Assembly: GCA_964408995.1 (NCBI GenBank)
Contig: CAYPBP010000001.1
Span: forward strand, 74,823-138,822
Origin: an uncultured Gammaproteobacteria bacterium
Lineage (GTDB): Bacteria > Patescibacteriota > Microgenomatia > UBA12405
Length of the DNA stretch: 64,000 bases
Reading direction: 5' to 3'
A program made the translations under genes and the position numbers. This document shows positions 39,328-48,861 of this stretch, piece by piece (within the stretch, counting starts at the first letter, position 1; each line of letters begins with the position of its first letter). Under the pieces are notes generated by a model. It ran no database searches. It had not been told where the DNA came from and saw only the letters and a program-made list of their open reading frames with translations.

Positions 39328-39642
39328 ATGAAATACGCTGTTATTGCCATTTCTGGCACTCAATATCAAATCGAAGAAAATCAAACAATTACCGTTGATT
39401 TATTAGATCTTAAAGAAGGTGAAAAATCTTCAACTGATCAAGTTTTATTAACTGTTGACGGAGATAAAGTTAAAGTTGGCACTCCAACCGTAAAAGACGC
39501 TTCTGTTGAATTCAAAGTCATCAAACATTATCAAGGTAAAAAATTAAAAGTTTTCAAATATAAATCAAAATCACGTTATCGTAAAACAACTGGTTTTCGA
39601 GCTCAATTAACTGATATACAAATATTAAAAATTAACTTTTAA
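39328..39642 (+). CDS. rplU: 50S ribosomal protein L21
   Basis: YAVI..SGTQY, VGTP, GFRAQLT motifs. Confidence 0.95.
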   Translation: MKYAVIAISGTQYQIEENQTITVDLLDLKEGEKSSTDQVLLTVDGDKVKVGTPTVKDASVEFKVIKHYQGKKLKVFKYKSKSRYRKTTGFRAQLTDIQILKINF

Positions 39643-39669
39643 TCTACGATCTAACATCTAAGATCTAAT
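39642..39669. repeat. Heptamer tandem repeat ATCTA(NN) x4
   Basis: ATCTACG-ATCTAAC-ATCTAAG-ATCTAAT between rplU and rpmA. Confidence 0.7.
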
Positions 39670-39678
39670 AACTAATTT

Positions 39679-39948
39679 ATGGCACATACAAAATCACAAG
39701 GCAAAACAAATCAAAAATCTAACCGTCCTGGGCAAAGAAGGGGAGTTAAAGTTTTTGGTAGCCAAACCATCAAAGTTGGTGAAATAATCGTCAGACAAGT
39801 TGGTTCTAGTTTTCATGCTGGTAAAGGTACTAAAACTGGTAAAGATTTCACTATCTATGCTATGAGACCTGGTATTGTAAAATTCTTCAAAAAATTTGGT
39901 AAAAACATTGTTTCTGTTATCAAGGCTGAAACAAAAAAAAACGAATAA
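39679..39948 (+). CDS. rpmA: 50S ribosomal protein L27
   Basis: MAHTK, RRGVK, GEIIVRQ, GKDFTIYA motifs. Confidence 0.95.
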   Translation: MAHTKSQGKTNQKSNRPGQRRGVKVFGSQTIKVGEIIVRQVGSSFHAGKGTKTGKDFTIYAMRPGIVKFFKKFGKNIVSVIKAETKKNE

Positions 39949-40066
39949 ATAAAGTCGCCCTGTCAAGGGAGATTTCGGTTTATCCGGAGAGGGTTTTTCT
40001 TTTTGATTTAGTTTGAATCATTTTTGCTCACTTTTTTCACATGTGTTTTCATAGTAACCTATTACT

Positions 40067-40906
40067 ATGATGAAACAAGTCAGTCAAATCCCAACCAACC
40101 AATTAGAACCAAACCCACTCCAACCTCGAGGCATAATCAACAATGAATCAATTTTAGAGTTGATTGAATCGATTAAAGAGCATGGAATATTAGAACCATT
40201 GATAATTGCTAAAACTCCAGCCGGATATCAAATAATTGCCGGAGAAAGGCGCTGGCGAGCTGCTAGAGCCCTTAAACTAGAATATGTTCCAGCCATAATA
40301 AAAGAAACCACTCCTCAACAAATGTTGGAAATGGCTATCGTTGAAAATGTTCAACGAAAAGATTTAAATCCAATGGAAAGGGCTAAGGCCTTTTTAAGAC
40401 TCAAAGAAGAATTTGATTTTGATAATAACCAAATTGCCAAAAGAGTTAGTAAAAGTGTTCCTTATGTCATTAATTGTCTTAAACTTTTAACTCTTCCAGA
40501 TGCCATCAAGGATGGACTTTTATCTGGACTAATCAGTGAAGGTCACGCCAGAGCTTTATCTGGAATAGGTGATATTCGATTAATGATTGAAGCTTATAAA
40601 ATAATTCTAAAAGAAAAAGCTTCTGTTCGCCGAGCCGAAGATATTGCTAGAAGAATGAGAAAAAAGATTGAAGAAGGGGATGTGCCAATTACTAAAGAAA
40701 ATTTACCTCAATTCTTAAAATCAAAAATTGATAATATTAGCCAAGATTTAGAATCTTTTTTTGATAATAAAACCACGTCAGTTAAAATTGTTCAAACTAA
40801 TATTTTAACTAAAGTAACTTTTCAGTTTAAAGGACCAATTGACCAAAGGTTCGATGAATTGAAAACTCTCTATAAACAAATCTGTAAAAAAGATCTTCAA
40901 AATTAA
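40067..40906 (+). CDS. parB: ParB/Spo0J chromosome partition protein
   Basis: PNPLQPR, IIAGERRWRA, ENVQR.DL, GHAR motifs. Confidence 0.93.
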   Translation: MMKQVSQIPTNQLEPNPLQPRGIINNESILELIESIKEHGILEPLIIAKTPAGYQIIAGERRWRAARALKLEYVPAIIKETTPQQMLEMAIVENVQRKDLNPMERAKAFLRLKEEFDFDNNQIAKRVSKSVPYVINCLKLLTLPDAIKDGLLSGLISEGHARALSGIGDIRLMIEAYKIILKEKASVRRAEDIARRMRKKIEEGDVPITKENLPQFLKSKIDNISQDLESFFDNKTTSVKIVQTNILTKVTFQFKGPIDQRFDELKTLYKQICKKDLQN

Positions 40907-41493
40907 AAAGTAACTTTTGGAATAAAACCAAAATCAGATACTGGCCAATACCTAAGTAAAACTTTTCCTATAATTAAATCTTTATTAATTGGACCAAATT
41001 CTCGACCATCTCTTGAATGTTCTCTATTGTCACCAAAACATAAATATTGACCATCTGGAACAATCTGTTCAACTCCTTCTTGATTAAATTCACCAGGATC
41101 AGTCACATAATCACTTGGTAAAAAACTTTGATCTACCATTTTTCCATTGACATAAACTTGACTATCTTTAACCATCACAGTGTCACCAGGAACTCCAATT
41201 ACTCTTTTAATATATTCACAACCATCAACAGCACATTGTTCACCAGCAGGAGCCTTAAACACCACCACATCACCACGTTGCGGTTCTCCTAATTGATAGG
41301 ATATTTTTTCAGTTAATAAATATTGTTTATCAACAAAATTGGGAAACATTGAACTTCCACTAACTTGATTTGGCTGAGCCACGAAAAGATATAGAAGAAC
41401 AAAAACCGCCATAGCCAAAACAATTGATTGAATAAAATCTAAAATTACACCACCAATTGAACCCGTTTGATTTTTATATTTTTCTTTTACCAT
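40903..41493 (-). CDS. lepB: Signal peptidase I
   Basis: SGSSMFP, RGDVVVF, YIKRVIGVPGD, GDNR..S.D.R motifs. Confidence 0.95.
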   Translation of the reverse strand: MVKEKYKNQTGSIGGVILDFIQSIVLAMAVFVLLYLFVAQPNQVSGSSMFPNFVDKQYLLTEKISYQLGEPQRGDVVVFKAPAGEQCAVDGCEYIKRVIGVPGDTVMVKDSQVYVNGKMVDQSFLPSDYVTDPGEFNQEGVEQIVPDGQYLCFGDNREHSRDGREFGPINKDLIIGKVLLRYWPVSDFGFIPKVTF

Positions 41494-41545
41494 ACTGCAT
41501 CATTATAGAGTAAATTCTTTTGACTTGGTATAATCTAATTCATTC

Positions 41546-41619
41546 GGTTGTTTAGCTCAGTTGGTTAGAGCGTTCCGTTCACATCGGAGAGGTCACAGGT
41601 TCGAGTCCTGTAACAACCA
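41546..41619 (+). tRNA. tRNA-Val(CAC)
   Basis: Cloverleaf GGTTGTT/AACAACC; anticodon loop TTCACAT; GTTCGAG T-loop. Confidence 0.93.
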
Positions 41620-44130
41620 CTTTCTCATTGAATTAAAATTAAAGCTTTTAATTAATACTTCATTTCCATAATTCATAGCCACAAAATTATTAGCACAAAC
41701 ATTTGAATAATCTTTTTTGTTTATATTAATTTTGTTAGTTTTTAAAAGATCATCCATATCTTGATAACTCATAGCCACCATTTCACTATTAATAATCTTT
41801 TTACTATTTAAGCTAATTAAAAATCCAATTACCCCTTGGTAATCACTAATTTTTTTAAAACCATAATTAGCTAAATTTTTTGAACAAGTATTTGTCAAAG
41901 ACATCCAAATAGTTGAATTATCAATAATTTTTTGACTAACAATTCTTTCATTTTTCCTTAATCTAAAATTAAAAATACTTCCAATTAAAAGTCGTGATTG
42001 ATTCTTGTCTAAAAATTTTAAAGCATTTTTTAAATCAATATCGTTTTTATTAGAAACTAATAATGATTCAATATCCGATTTAATCATTGATTTCAAAAAT
42101 AAAACATTATTTTTTTCATTAATAATTTGTCCATCAATAGCATCAATTTTTATAGTCCCAATTTCTCCATTAACAACATTCTTTTCCCAATAAGACCAAT
42201 TATTATCATTAGTATTACCTGCCACCACATGCATCAAACCATTTCCAGTCCCAATAAAGTTAATATTACAATATTGGTAATTCTTATTCTTAATAATTAC
42301 AAAACCATCCTTTTCTAAAACAGGGGAATCATTACCACACTTAACTGAGTAATTAACTGGTGAACCCACAAAAACAACTACACTATTAGTTAAATCCTGA
42401 TTCTGAGTAATTACATTAACCTGACTTAACCCAATTTCTATCATTACCTGGTTAACAGTTTTATCAACAATATCACCATGATTACTATTAATCTCTATAA
42501 AGTTATTTCCTTTATAGTTAGCACTTTTAGTTAAAACTGTGCCATCACCGTTATTTGTATGTAAAATATTTTTAATTCTTCCATCTGGCCAAATTCCTAA
42601 AATTTTATCAAAAATACTATTATTTGTAAGTTCAACAGAACTCATAGTTTTATAATCTTTTCCAGAAAATAATTTAATCCCCGAAATTGAAGCAACTTGA
42701 TTTTTACTCATTAAAAAATTATTTTTTGTTTCCAACTTACTATTAGATAAAACAACTCCATTCTTTTTAACAAAATCAAAAGTTGGCAATAAATCTTTTA
42801 TTATTGGAGAATATTTTCTGGCTGCTGCCATATCACTTTTTTGATTTAAACCTTGAATCTTTAATAAAATTTTAAAAGCAATTGAACTAATATTAGACAA
42901 ATCAGAAATTTGACCACCATTCCAAACCTCATAACCATCAACTGATCCCAAATGTGGACTTCCAAGAGTTATAACCTTTTCTAATCTAGAATCATTTCTA
43001 TTATCTTCAGCCCAAATTCTAGAAGTCACTCCACCAAGACTATGACCAACTAAAATAACTTTTTCATTTGATGTAACTTTTTGATTAATAAAAATATTTA
43101 AATTAGCTACAATATCAACCAAAGGTTTTCTCCAATCATAATTCCAAACATAAAAATCTTCATTTTCCTTTAAACCATTTTGTTTTAATCCATTTATCAA
43201 CGCATCATAATTTGTTACAAAAGGTGTCATTTTCCATTTATCATTACCAACTGATTTATTGTAAACAATCGCATCCGAATTCCAACTAGCTCCCAACCCT
43301 GGAACAATAATAATTTTTGTTTTTGGGGTAGGAATTGGTGTAGGTGTTGGAGTTGGAGTTGGAATTATTGTTGGAGTAGGAGTAGGTGTGGGGGTGGGAG
43401 TGGGAGTAAAGGTTGGTGTTGGGGTAGGAGTTGGTGTTGGGGTAGGAGTTGGTGTTGGGGTAAGAGTTGGAACATTAAAATCACTAACAATCAAATTATC
43501 GAATAAATTTTTAGTCGATCTCTTAGAATAGTCACCTCCCCAATTAAAAAATCCAAAACTCCCAGCTAAAATAGGATTTTCATCATCAAAATCAATTATC
43601 AAAACTGAATCAAAATATATTTTGATATTAGAATCATCAACTTTAATTTCAACCAAATGAAACTGATTCTGAGTTAATTTATTTTCAAAATCATCAAAAG
43701 AATCTAATATTGTATAACCTGAAGCATAATTATATTTCATCAAAACAATCTTGCCACCATCTTGGGGCCAATAAGGATCTTTGTATCTTACACCTAATAT
43801 ATAATATTCTTTTCTATCCTCAGAAACTCTAAAAACAATATTTTGATCTACCCCAGTCTCATTTAGAGCATCAACTTTTATATAATAATTAGATAAATTC
43901 CAAAAAGATTTCGCTAACAAAAAAGAAGATCCTCCACGACTTACTTCTCCTACAAGTTTATTATCAACAATTTTCCAACCATCTGGATTAGAATTAGCAT
44001 TAATAAAAATCCAATTATCTAAATTGTTTTGATCAAAATTATCAAAAAAATAATTAACTCCAAGAACTGAATTAACATTAAATATAAATGTTAAAATTAG
44101 AATAGATATAAATAATATTTTTGTTTTCAT
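41593..44130 (-). CDS. Secreted multidomain protein: beta-sandwich/lectin-like domain, (PT)n linker, alpha/beta-hydrolase (lipase/LCAT-like)
   Basis: Signal-like N-terminus; IIIVPGLG, YDWR, GHSLGG, LGSPHLGS, GDGTV motifs. Confidence 0.75.
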   Translation of the reverse strand: MKTKILFISILILTFIFNVNSVLGVNYFFDNFDQNNLDNWIFINANSNPDGWKIVDNKLVGEVSRGGSSFLLAKSFWNLSNYYIKVDALNETGVDQNIVFRVSEDRKEYYILGVRYKDPYWPQDGGKIVLMKYNYASGYTILDSFDDFENKLTQNQFHLVEIKVDDSNIKIYFDSVLIIDFDDENPILAGSFGFFNWGGDYSKRSTKNLFDNLIVSDFNVPTLTPTPTPTPTPTPTPTPTFTPTPTPTPTPTPTIIPTPTPTPTPIPTPKTKIIIVPGLGASWNSDAIVYNKSVGNDKWKMTPFVTNYDALINGLKQNGLKENEDFYVWNYDWRKPLVDIVANLNIFINQKVTSNEKVILVGHSLGGVTSRIWAEDNRNDSRLEKVITLGSPHLGSVDGYEVWNGGQISDLSNISSIAFKILLKIQGLNQKSDMAAARKYSPIIKDLLPTFDFVKKNGVVLSNSKLETKNNFLMSKNQVASISGIKLFSGKDYKTMSSVELTNNSIFDKILGIWPDGRIKNILHTNNGDGTVLTKSANYKGNNFIEINSNHGDIVDKTVNQVMIEIGLSQVNVITQNQDLTNSVVVFVGSPVNYSVKCGNDSPVLEKDGFVIIKNKNYQYCNINFIGTGNGLMHVVAGNTNDNNWSYWEKNVVNGEIGTIKIDAIDGQIINEKNNVLFLKSMIKSDIESLLVSNKNDIDLKNALKFLDKNQSRLLIGSIFNFRLRKNERIVSQKIIDNSTIWMSLTNTCSKNLANYGFKKISDYQGVIGFLISLNSKKIINSEMVAMSYQDMDDLLKTNKININKKDYSNVCANNFVAMNYGNEVLIKSFNFNSMRKWLLQDSNL
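43324..43470 (-). repeat. Coding Pro-Thr tandem repeat linker
   Basis: PTLTPTPTPT... run with varied synonymous codons. Confidence 0.9.
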
Positions 44131-44163
44131 AAACACAGTTTAAATGTAAATTATTTACTAAAT

Positions 44164-45015
44164 ATGTCAATAGGCAAAATTACTTTAATAATTGTTAATT
44201 ATAATTCTTCAGAAAATACCAATAAATTATTGTCATCTATCAAGAAATATATTTATGAAAATATCGATGAAACAATAATTATTGATAATAATTCCAATGA
44301 TATTAAAAAACTAAATGTTAAAGATAATAAAATAAAATTAATTATAAACAACAAGAATTTAGGTTTTGCTAAAGCAGTTAATCAAGGAATAGATAAATCA
44401 AAAAATAAATTTATTATTTTATTAAATCCAGACACCACTGTAATCGATAAATCTATTTCAGAAACTATCAACTTAATAATTAAAGATAACAACATAGGTG
44501 TAATAGGTGGAAAAATAAAATATAAAAATAAAAAAATATTTTCTGCGAACAACAAACCAACATTTCTAACTGGTCTTTTTGAATTTACTAACCTTAAAAA
44601 GGTATTCCCAAACAATAAATATACATTAAAATTCTGGCCAGAAAAAAATAATAAAATAACAAGGTTAATTGAAGTATTTGGAATCTGTGGAGCTTATATG
44701 ATTTTCAGAAAAAATGATAAAAAAGGTAAAATAAATTATTTTAATGAAAATTATTTTTTATACTTAGAAGACTTGGATTTTTGTTTAGATATGAAAGCGA
44801 AAGGTTTTAAAATTATTTTTGACCCAAAATCAACAATACTGCATATTGGAGGTGGTAGTAGTAACAATAAGTACAATATGGCATTAAATTATTGGTATAA
44901 ATCAAGAAAAATATTTTTCAAAAATCATCTAAACAAATGTGAAGGTATAATACTAAATATAATATTCACAATAGAAGAGTTACTTTTAAAAACACGTCTT
45001 CTTATAAAACCATGA
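44164..45015 (+). CDS. Glycosyltransferase family 2
   Basis: IIVNYN, IDNNS, GFAKAVNQG, LLNPD, LEDLDFC motifs. Confidence 0.88.
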   Translation: MSIGKITLIIVNYNSSENTNKLLSSIKKYIYENIDETIIIDNNSNDIKKLNVKDNKIKLIINNKNLGFAKAVNQGIDKSKNKFIILLNPDTTVIDKSISETINLIIKDNNIGVIGGKIKYKNKKIFSANNKPTFLTGLFEFTNLKKVFPNNKYTLKFWPEKNNKITRLIEVFGICGAYMIFRKNDKKGKINYFNENYFLYLEDLDFCLDMKAKGFKIIFDPKSTILHIGGGSSNNKYNMALNYWYKSRKIFFKNHLNKCEGIILNIIFTIEELLLKTRLLIKP

Positions 45016-45785
45016 TTAAACATCCACACATATCCATCCTACTTCTTTCCCATAATGAAGAAAAGAATCTTCAAAAATATTGGACATGGATTGATAGATG
45101 TAAAAGAATAAACGAAATAATTGTTATTGATGATAATTCCGATGACTCTACTCAACAAATATTAAAAAATCTAGAAACTTCAAAAGTTAAAGTTAAAATT
45201 TTTGAAAGGGAATTGAATAATAATTTTTCTGACCAACGTAATTTTGGTATCACCAAATGTACTAACAATTGGATTCTTTGGCTTGACGCTGATGAAAAAC
45301 CAAGCGGCAGTTTAATCCGATTTTTGAATCATATCGATAATCTTGAATATAAAAACTATGCCTTTAAAAGGCACGATATCTTTATTGGCAACGAGCTTAA
45401 GCATGGCGAAAACGCCAATCAATATTTCTTAAGATTTTTTAATAAAAAATATGGTCGCTTCACTGGCGCTGTTCATGAAGTTTGGCAAAGTCCAAAAGAA
45501 ATTTCATACAAAAAATTTCACATTCACCATTATCCTCACACATCTCTAAAATCATTTATCAAGAAACTGAATTTTTATTCAGACATCAGAGCTCAAGAAC
45601 TTTTTGATCAAAACCAAAGCAGTAATTTATTTGAAATAATTTTTTATCCAATGGGCAAATTTATCCAAGATTACTTTTTCAAACTAGGCTTTCTAGATTC
45701 CACCCCGGGCATAATCATGGCCCTTGGCATGAGTTTTCATTCATTTTTAGTTAGAGCCAAATTATGGCATTTATCACATCAATAA
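45012..45785 (+). CDS. Glycosyltransferase family 2 (WaaE/KdtX-like)
   Basis: NEEKNL, DDNSDD, QRNFG, LDADE, VHE motifs. Confidence 0.88.
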   Translation: MIKHPHISILLLSHNEEKNLQKYWTWIDRCKRINEIIVIDDNSDDSTQQILKNLETSKVKVKIFERELNNNFSDQRNFGITKCTNNWILWLDADEKPSGSLIRFLNHIDNLEYKNYAFKRHDIFIGNELKHGENANQYFLRFFNKKYGRFTGAVHEVWQSPKEISYKKFHIHHYPHTSLKSFIKKLNFYSDIRAQELFDQNQSSNLFEIIFYPMGKFIQDYFFKLGFLDSTPGIIMALGMSFHSFLVRAKLWHLSHQ

Positions 45786-46840
45786 TTTATTTATCCACAA
45801 TTATTGTCTTCTTTTTTGGACAATTATTAAGAATTGAAATAATTAATATTTCATTTCCCGTCATTGATATTTTAATAGCTATTGTCTTTTGTTTTAATAT
45901 TTTCCAAAAAGTAAAAAATAAGGATTTTAAGGTAAAAAATAAATATTTACTTTATTTTTTAATTTTCGCTTGGCTTATTTTTTGGTTTAATTATTTTCGA
46001 TATCAATTTGATTTTATTAAGCCAATTTTATATTTATTTAGACTAACTTTTTTATTCTCTTTTCTAACTTTTCCACCAACAATACCTCAAAATTTAAAAA
46101 AAATATTTCACTTAATTATTTTTAGCAATATTATTTTTGGTCTAATTCAATATCTTATTTGGCCAAATTTTACTTACTTTAATTCTTTAAACTGGGATCC
46201 TCATTTATATCGTTTAGTCAGTACTTTTTTTGATCCAACTTTCACTGCTTTAATCTATTTATCTTTAATAATAATTGCCTTCTTGGACAAAAAATTTCCT
46301 CTAAGAAAAACCGTTTTAGCAATTTCTTATCTAGCTATGGTATTAACTTATAGCCGTTCCACTTATCTTTCTTTTTTAATTGCTTTTACTTTTATTTCTT
46401 ATCAAAAAAGAAATTTAAAAATCTTTATTTTAAGTTTAGTTTTAATTACTTCAACTGTTTTTTTCTTACCTAGACTTGAAGGCGAGGGGACTAAATTAGA
46501 GAGAACCTCGTCTATTAAAGCTAAAATTGAAAATTATAAAGAAGCTTTTAACTTATTTCTAAAAGCTCCAGTCATTGGACATGGATACAATAATCTTTCT
46601 TATCTCCGATCCATTACAAATCAGGATTCTCATGCTAATTCAGGCTTTGACGGCTCTTTGATGACCATTTTAACTACCACTGGCACTATAGGATTATTTT
46701 TATTTGTTTTGGGATTTAAAAAAACATTTAATCAAAGCAATTTAACCAAAAAAACAATTTTAATTTCCATCTTTTTTCATTCTCTTTTTGCCAATTCTCT
46801 TTTGTATCCCTTCATATTATTATTACTAATTTTTATTTAG
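45764..46840 (+). CDS. O-antigen ligase family membrane protein
   Basis: Multiple TMs; RLVSTFFDP, LTYSRS, P.IGHG, GTIGL motifs. Confidence 0.75.
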   Translation: MAFITSIIYLSTIIVFFFGQLLRIEIINISFPVIDILIAIVFCFNIFQKVKNKDFKVKNKYLLYFLIFAWLIFWFNYFRYQFDFIKPILYLFRLTFLFSFLTFPPTIPQNLKKIFHLIIFSNIIFGLIQYLIWPNFTYFNSLNWDPHLYRLVSTFFDPTFTALIYLSLIIIAFLDKKFPLRKTVLAISYLAMVLTYSRSTYLSFLIAFTFISYQKRNLKIFILSLVLITSTVFFLPRLEGEGTKLERTSSIKAKIENYKEAFNLFLKAPVIGHGYNNLSYLRSITNQDSHANSGFDGSLMTILTTTGTIGLFLFVLGFKKTFNQSNLTKKTILISIFFHSLFANSLLYPFILLLLIFI

Positions 46841-47547
46841 TAAGTAATTGATATATTTTTTCTAGTTTCATTTAAAGCTACATCTCTGGCCACTATTTCA
46901 ATATCATTTTTACCAGAATTTAACTGCATTTTAAATTTAAAATTACCATCATCATTAACAATTGCTACTTTACCATTAACTAAAACACTAACCCCAGGTT
47001 CACTTTTTCCGATAATATCAAAATCTGCAAAATCAACAGTCAGCTTATCTTCAGCAGGATTCGTTATTGTTAACTCTGGGCCTTTATTGTCAAAAATAAC
47101 AATTATTGGTTTAGATGCTTGACTACTTCCATTTTTATCTTTTATAGCTACAGCTGAAAAACTATTATCACCGTCACTTAACTCAATATTGTCAAAAGAA
47201 AAGTCACCTTCTTCATTCACATCTACCTTTCCTACTGATTCTTCATTTTTAAGTAATTGAACCATCGACCCAGACTCAGCAAAACCACTAATTTTAATTT
47301 TACTACTATTTGTAGCTTCAAATGGAACTACTAATCTTGGAGCTAATGGAGCTAAAACATTATCATTGTTTGTATCTTTATTACTTTTTGTATTACCTAA
47401 AAGAATTGAAAATCTAATTAGTATAGGCAAACCAAAAACAATAATTAAAATTAAAATTGAAATCGTCAAAAAACCCAACCAAACGGTTTTCTTAGTTACT
47501 TGTTCTTCTTTTTTTCTTTCTAATCTCGATCTTTTAAAATCTGCCAT
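46837..47547 (-). CDS. Membrane-anchored protein with two bacterial Ig-like domains
   Basis: One TM; repeated I.G..E.G..V, G.F.F..L..G.N pattern. Confidence 0.7.
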   Translation of the reverse strand: MADFKRSRLERKKEEQVTKKTVWLGFLTISILILIIVFGLPILIRFSILLGNTKSNKDTNNDNVLAPLAPRLVVPFEATNSSKIKISGFAESGSMVQLLKNEESVGKVDVNEEGDFSFDNIELSDGDNSFSAVAIKDKNGSSQASKPIIVIFDNKGPELTITNPAEDKLTVDFADFDIIGKSEPGVSVLVNGKVAIVNDDGNFKFKMQLNSGKNDIEIVARDVALNETRKNISITY

Positions 47548-47586
47548 AGGCCTGTCTATTATAACAAAAACATTTTTAAATTTATA

Positions 47587-47709
47587 AAATACTAAATACT
47601 AGCTATCAAATACTGATTTCAAAGGCCGAAATAAAAAGGTATTTTTATTTTTAATTTATATACCAAATACTTAATACCAAATACTAAATACTGATTTCAA
47701 AGAGCCGAA
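47587..47709. repeat. AAATACT heptamer arrays plus direct repeat AAATACTGATTTCAAAG(A)GCCGAA including the tRNA-Thr 3' end
   Basis: Copies at 47608-47630 and 47686-47709. Confidence 0.7.
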
Positions 47710-47775
47710 GGGGAGAGTCGAACTCCCGACCCCAGCTTTACGAAAGCTATGCTCTACCAACTGAGCTACTTCGGC
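47703..47775 (-). tRNA. tRNA-Thr(CGT)
   Basis: GCCGAAG/CTTCGGC acceptor; anticodon loop TTCGTAA. Confidence 0.93.
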
Positions 47776-47783
47776 ATCATAGG

Positions 47784-47854
47784 AGCGGCTAGAGGGAATC
47801 GAACTCTCGACCTATCCTTGGGAAGGATATGTTTTACCACTAAACTATAGCTGC
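47784..47854 (-). tRNA. tRNA-Gly(CCC) with two A-C stem mismatches
   Basis: Anticodon arm TATCC-TTCCCAA-GGATA; acceptor GCAGCTA/TAGCCGC. Confidence 0.85.
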
Positions 47855-47874
47855 AGCCGTTTATTTTACCACGT

Positions 47875-48426
47875 CTATAGCTTTGGAATCTTGATTGTCA
47901 TTCCAATTTCCAATAATCCTGGATTACTGATTGCAGCCTTATTTTCTTGCCAAATCTTAGTCCATTTATATCCATCACCATAAGCCCTAACTGCAATTTT
48001 CCATAAACTATCATTTCTAACAACTTTGTATTCTCCTTGATCAATTTTATTTTCAGTCTTAGTAGCAGCTACTATCTTTGCTTCCACCACTGGCATTTTT
48101 AATTTTTGACCAGTATAAATAATTGAAACATTTTTAATATTATTTTCTTTGGCAATTTTTACCCAAATATAACCATCATTATATTGACTTTCAGCAATTT
48201 TCCACAAACTATCACCTTTTTTAACCACATATTCTCCTGATTTCTCACCAATATTTTCTGATAAATTTATATTAGTTGAACCAGGAACACCTATCGTCCC
48301 TTTCTTTCTTTGAACAAAATTAAAAATTAAAGAAACTATCACTACCACAATTGCTAACCCCAACAACATACTAACCAACTCTTCAGAAGATTTAATATAT
48401 TTTTTACCTGCTTTAATTAAAAACAT
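47875..48426 (-). CDS. Membrane-anchored double LysM protein
   Basis: YVVKKGDSLWKIA and YKVVRNDSLWKIA repeats. Confidence 0.9.
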   Translation of the reverse strand: MFLIKAGKKYIKSSEELVSMLLGLAIVVVIVSLIFNFVQRKKGTIGVPGSTNINLSENIGEKSGEYVVKKGDSLWKIAESQYNDGYIWVKIAKENNIKNVSIIYTGQKLKMPVVEAKIVAATKTENKIDQGEYKVVRNDSLWKIAVRAYGDGYKWTKIWQENKAAISNPGLLEIGMTIKIPKL

Positions 48427-48506
48427 ATATTTATAAACAGCAACTAATAATTTTTTGCTGACTTATAATACTCTACAAAATAAAAACCAAATAGTCAATC
48501 GATTTG

Positions 48507-48809
48507 TTACTTTCTAACTCTAATTTTCATCTCACCAATAACATCTTTATCGAATATTCCAATAAAATCATCTATATTTTTAGCGAAAGCTTTGAGTGTT
48601 TCCATGTTTAACCTATAAATTCTTTGTTTTCCAAAAATTCTATTTTCAACCAAACTTGCTTTTTTTAAAATAGACAAATGATTTGATAAAGTTGCTTGAG
48701 TTATCTCAAAATTTTTTAACAATTCATTCACTGACATTTCTCCATTTTTTAATAAAGTTAAAATCTTTCTTCTGTTAATATCCGCCATCGCTTTGAATAT
48801 TTTGTCCAT
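48507..48809 (-). CDS. ArsR/SmtB-family transcriptional regulator
   Basis: FKAMAD..RRKIL, MSVNEL, TLSNHLSILK motifs. Confidence 0.9.
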   Translation of the reverse strand: MDKIFKAMADINRRKILTLLKNGEMSVNELLKNFEITQATLSNHLSILKKASLVENRIFGKQRIYRLNMETLKAFAKNIDDFIGIFDKDVIGEMKIRVRK

Positions 48810-48861
48810 AAATATATTATATCGACAAACATCAATATGTTCAATCTTAAAGACTAATTGT

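Noticed and set aside
39953-40000. GC-richer stretch after rpmA as an ncRNA or riboswitch
   Set aside because: Only short weak stems; no family recognised
40030-40050. TTTTCACATGTGTTTT upstream of parB as a parS site
   Set aside because: Only half resembles TGTTTCACGTGAAACA and the palindrome is poor
43324-43470. GGTGTT/GGAGT-rich repeat as a CRISPR array or telomere-like repeat
   Set aside because: It is the in-frame Pro-Thr linker; no repeat-spacer structure and no cas genes
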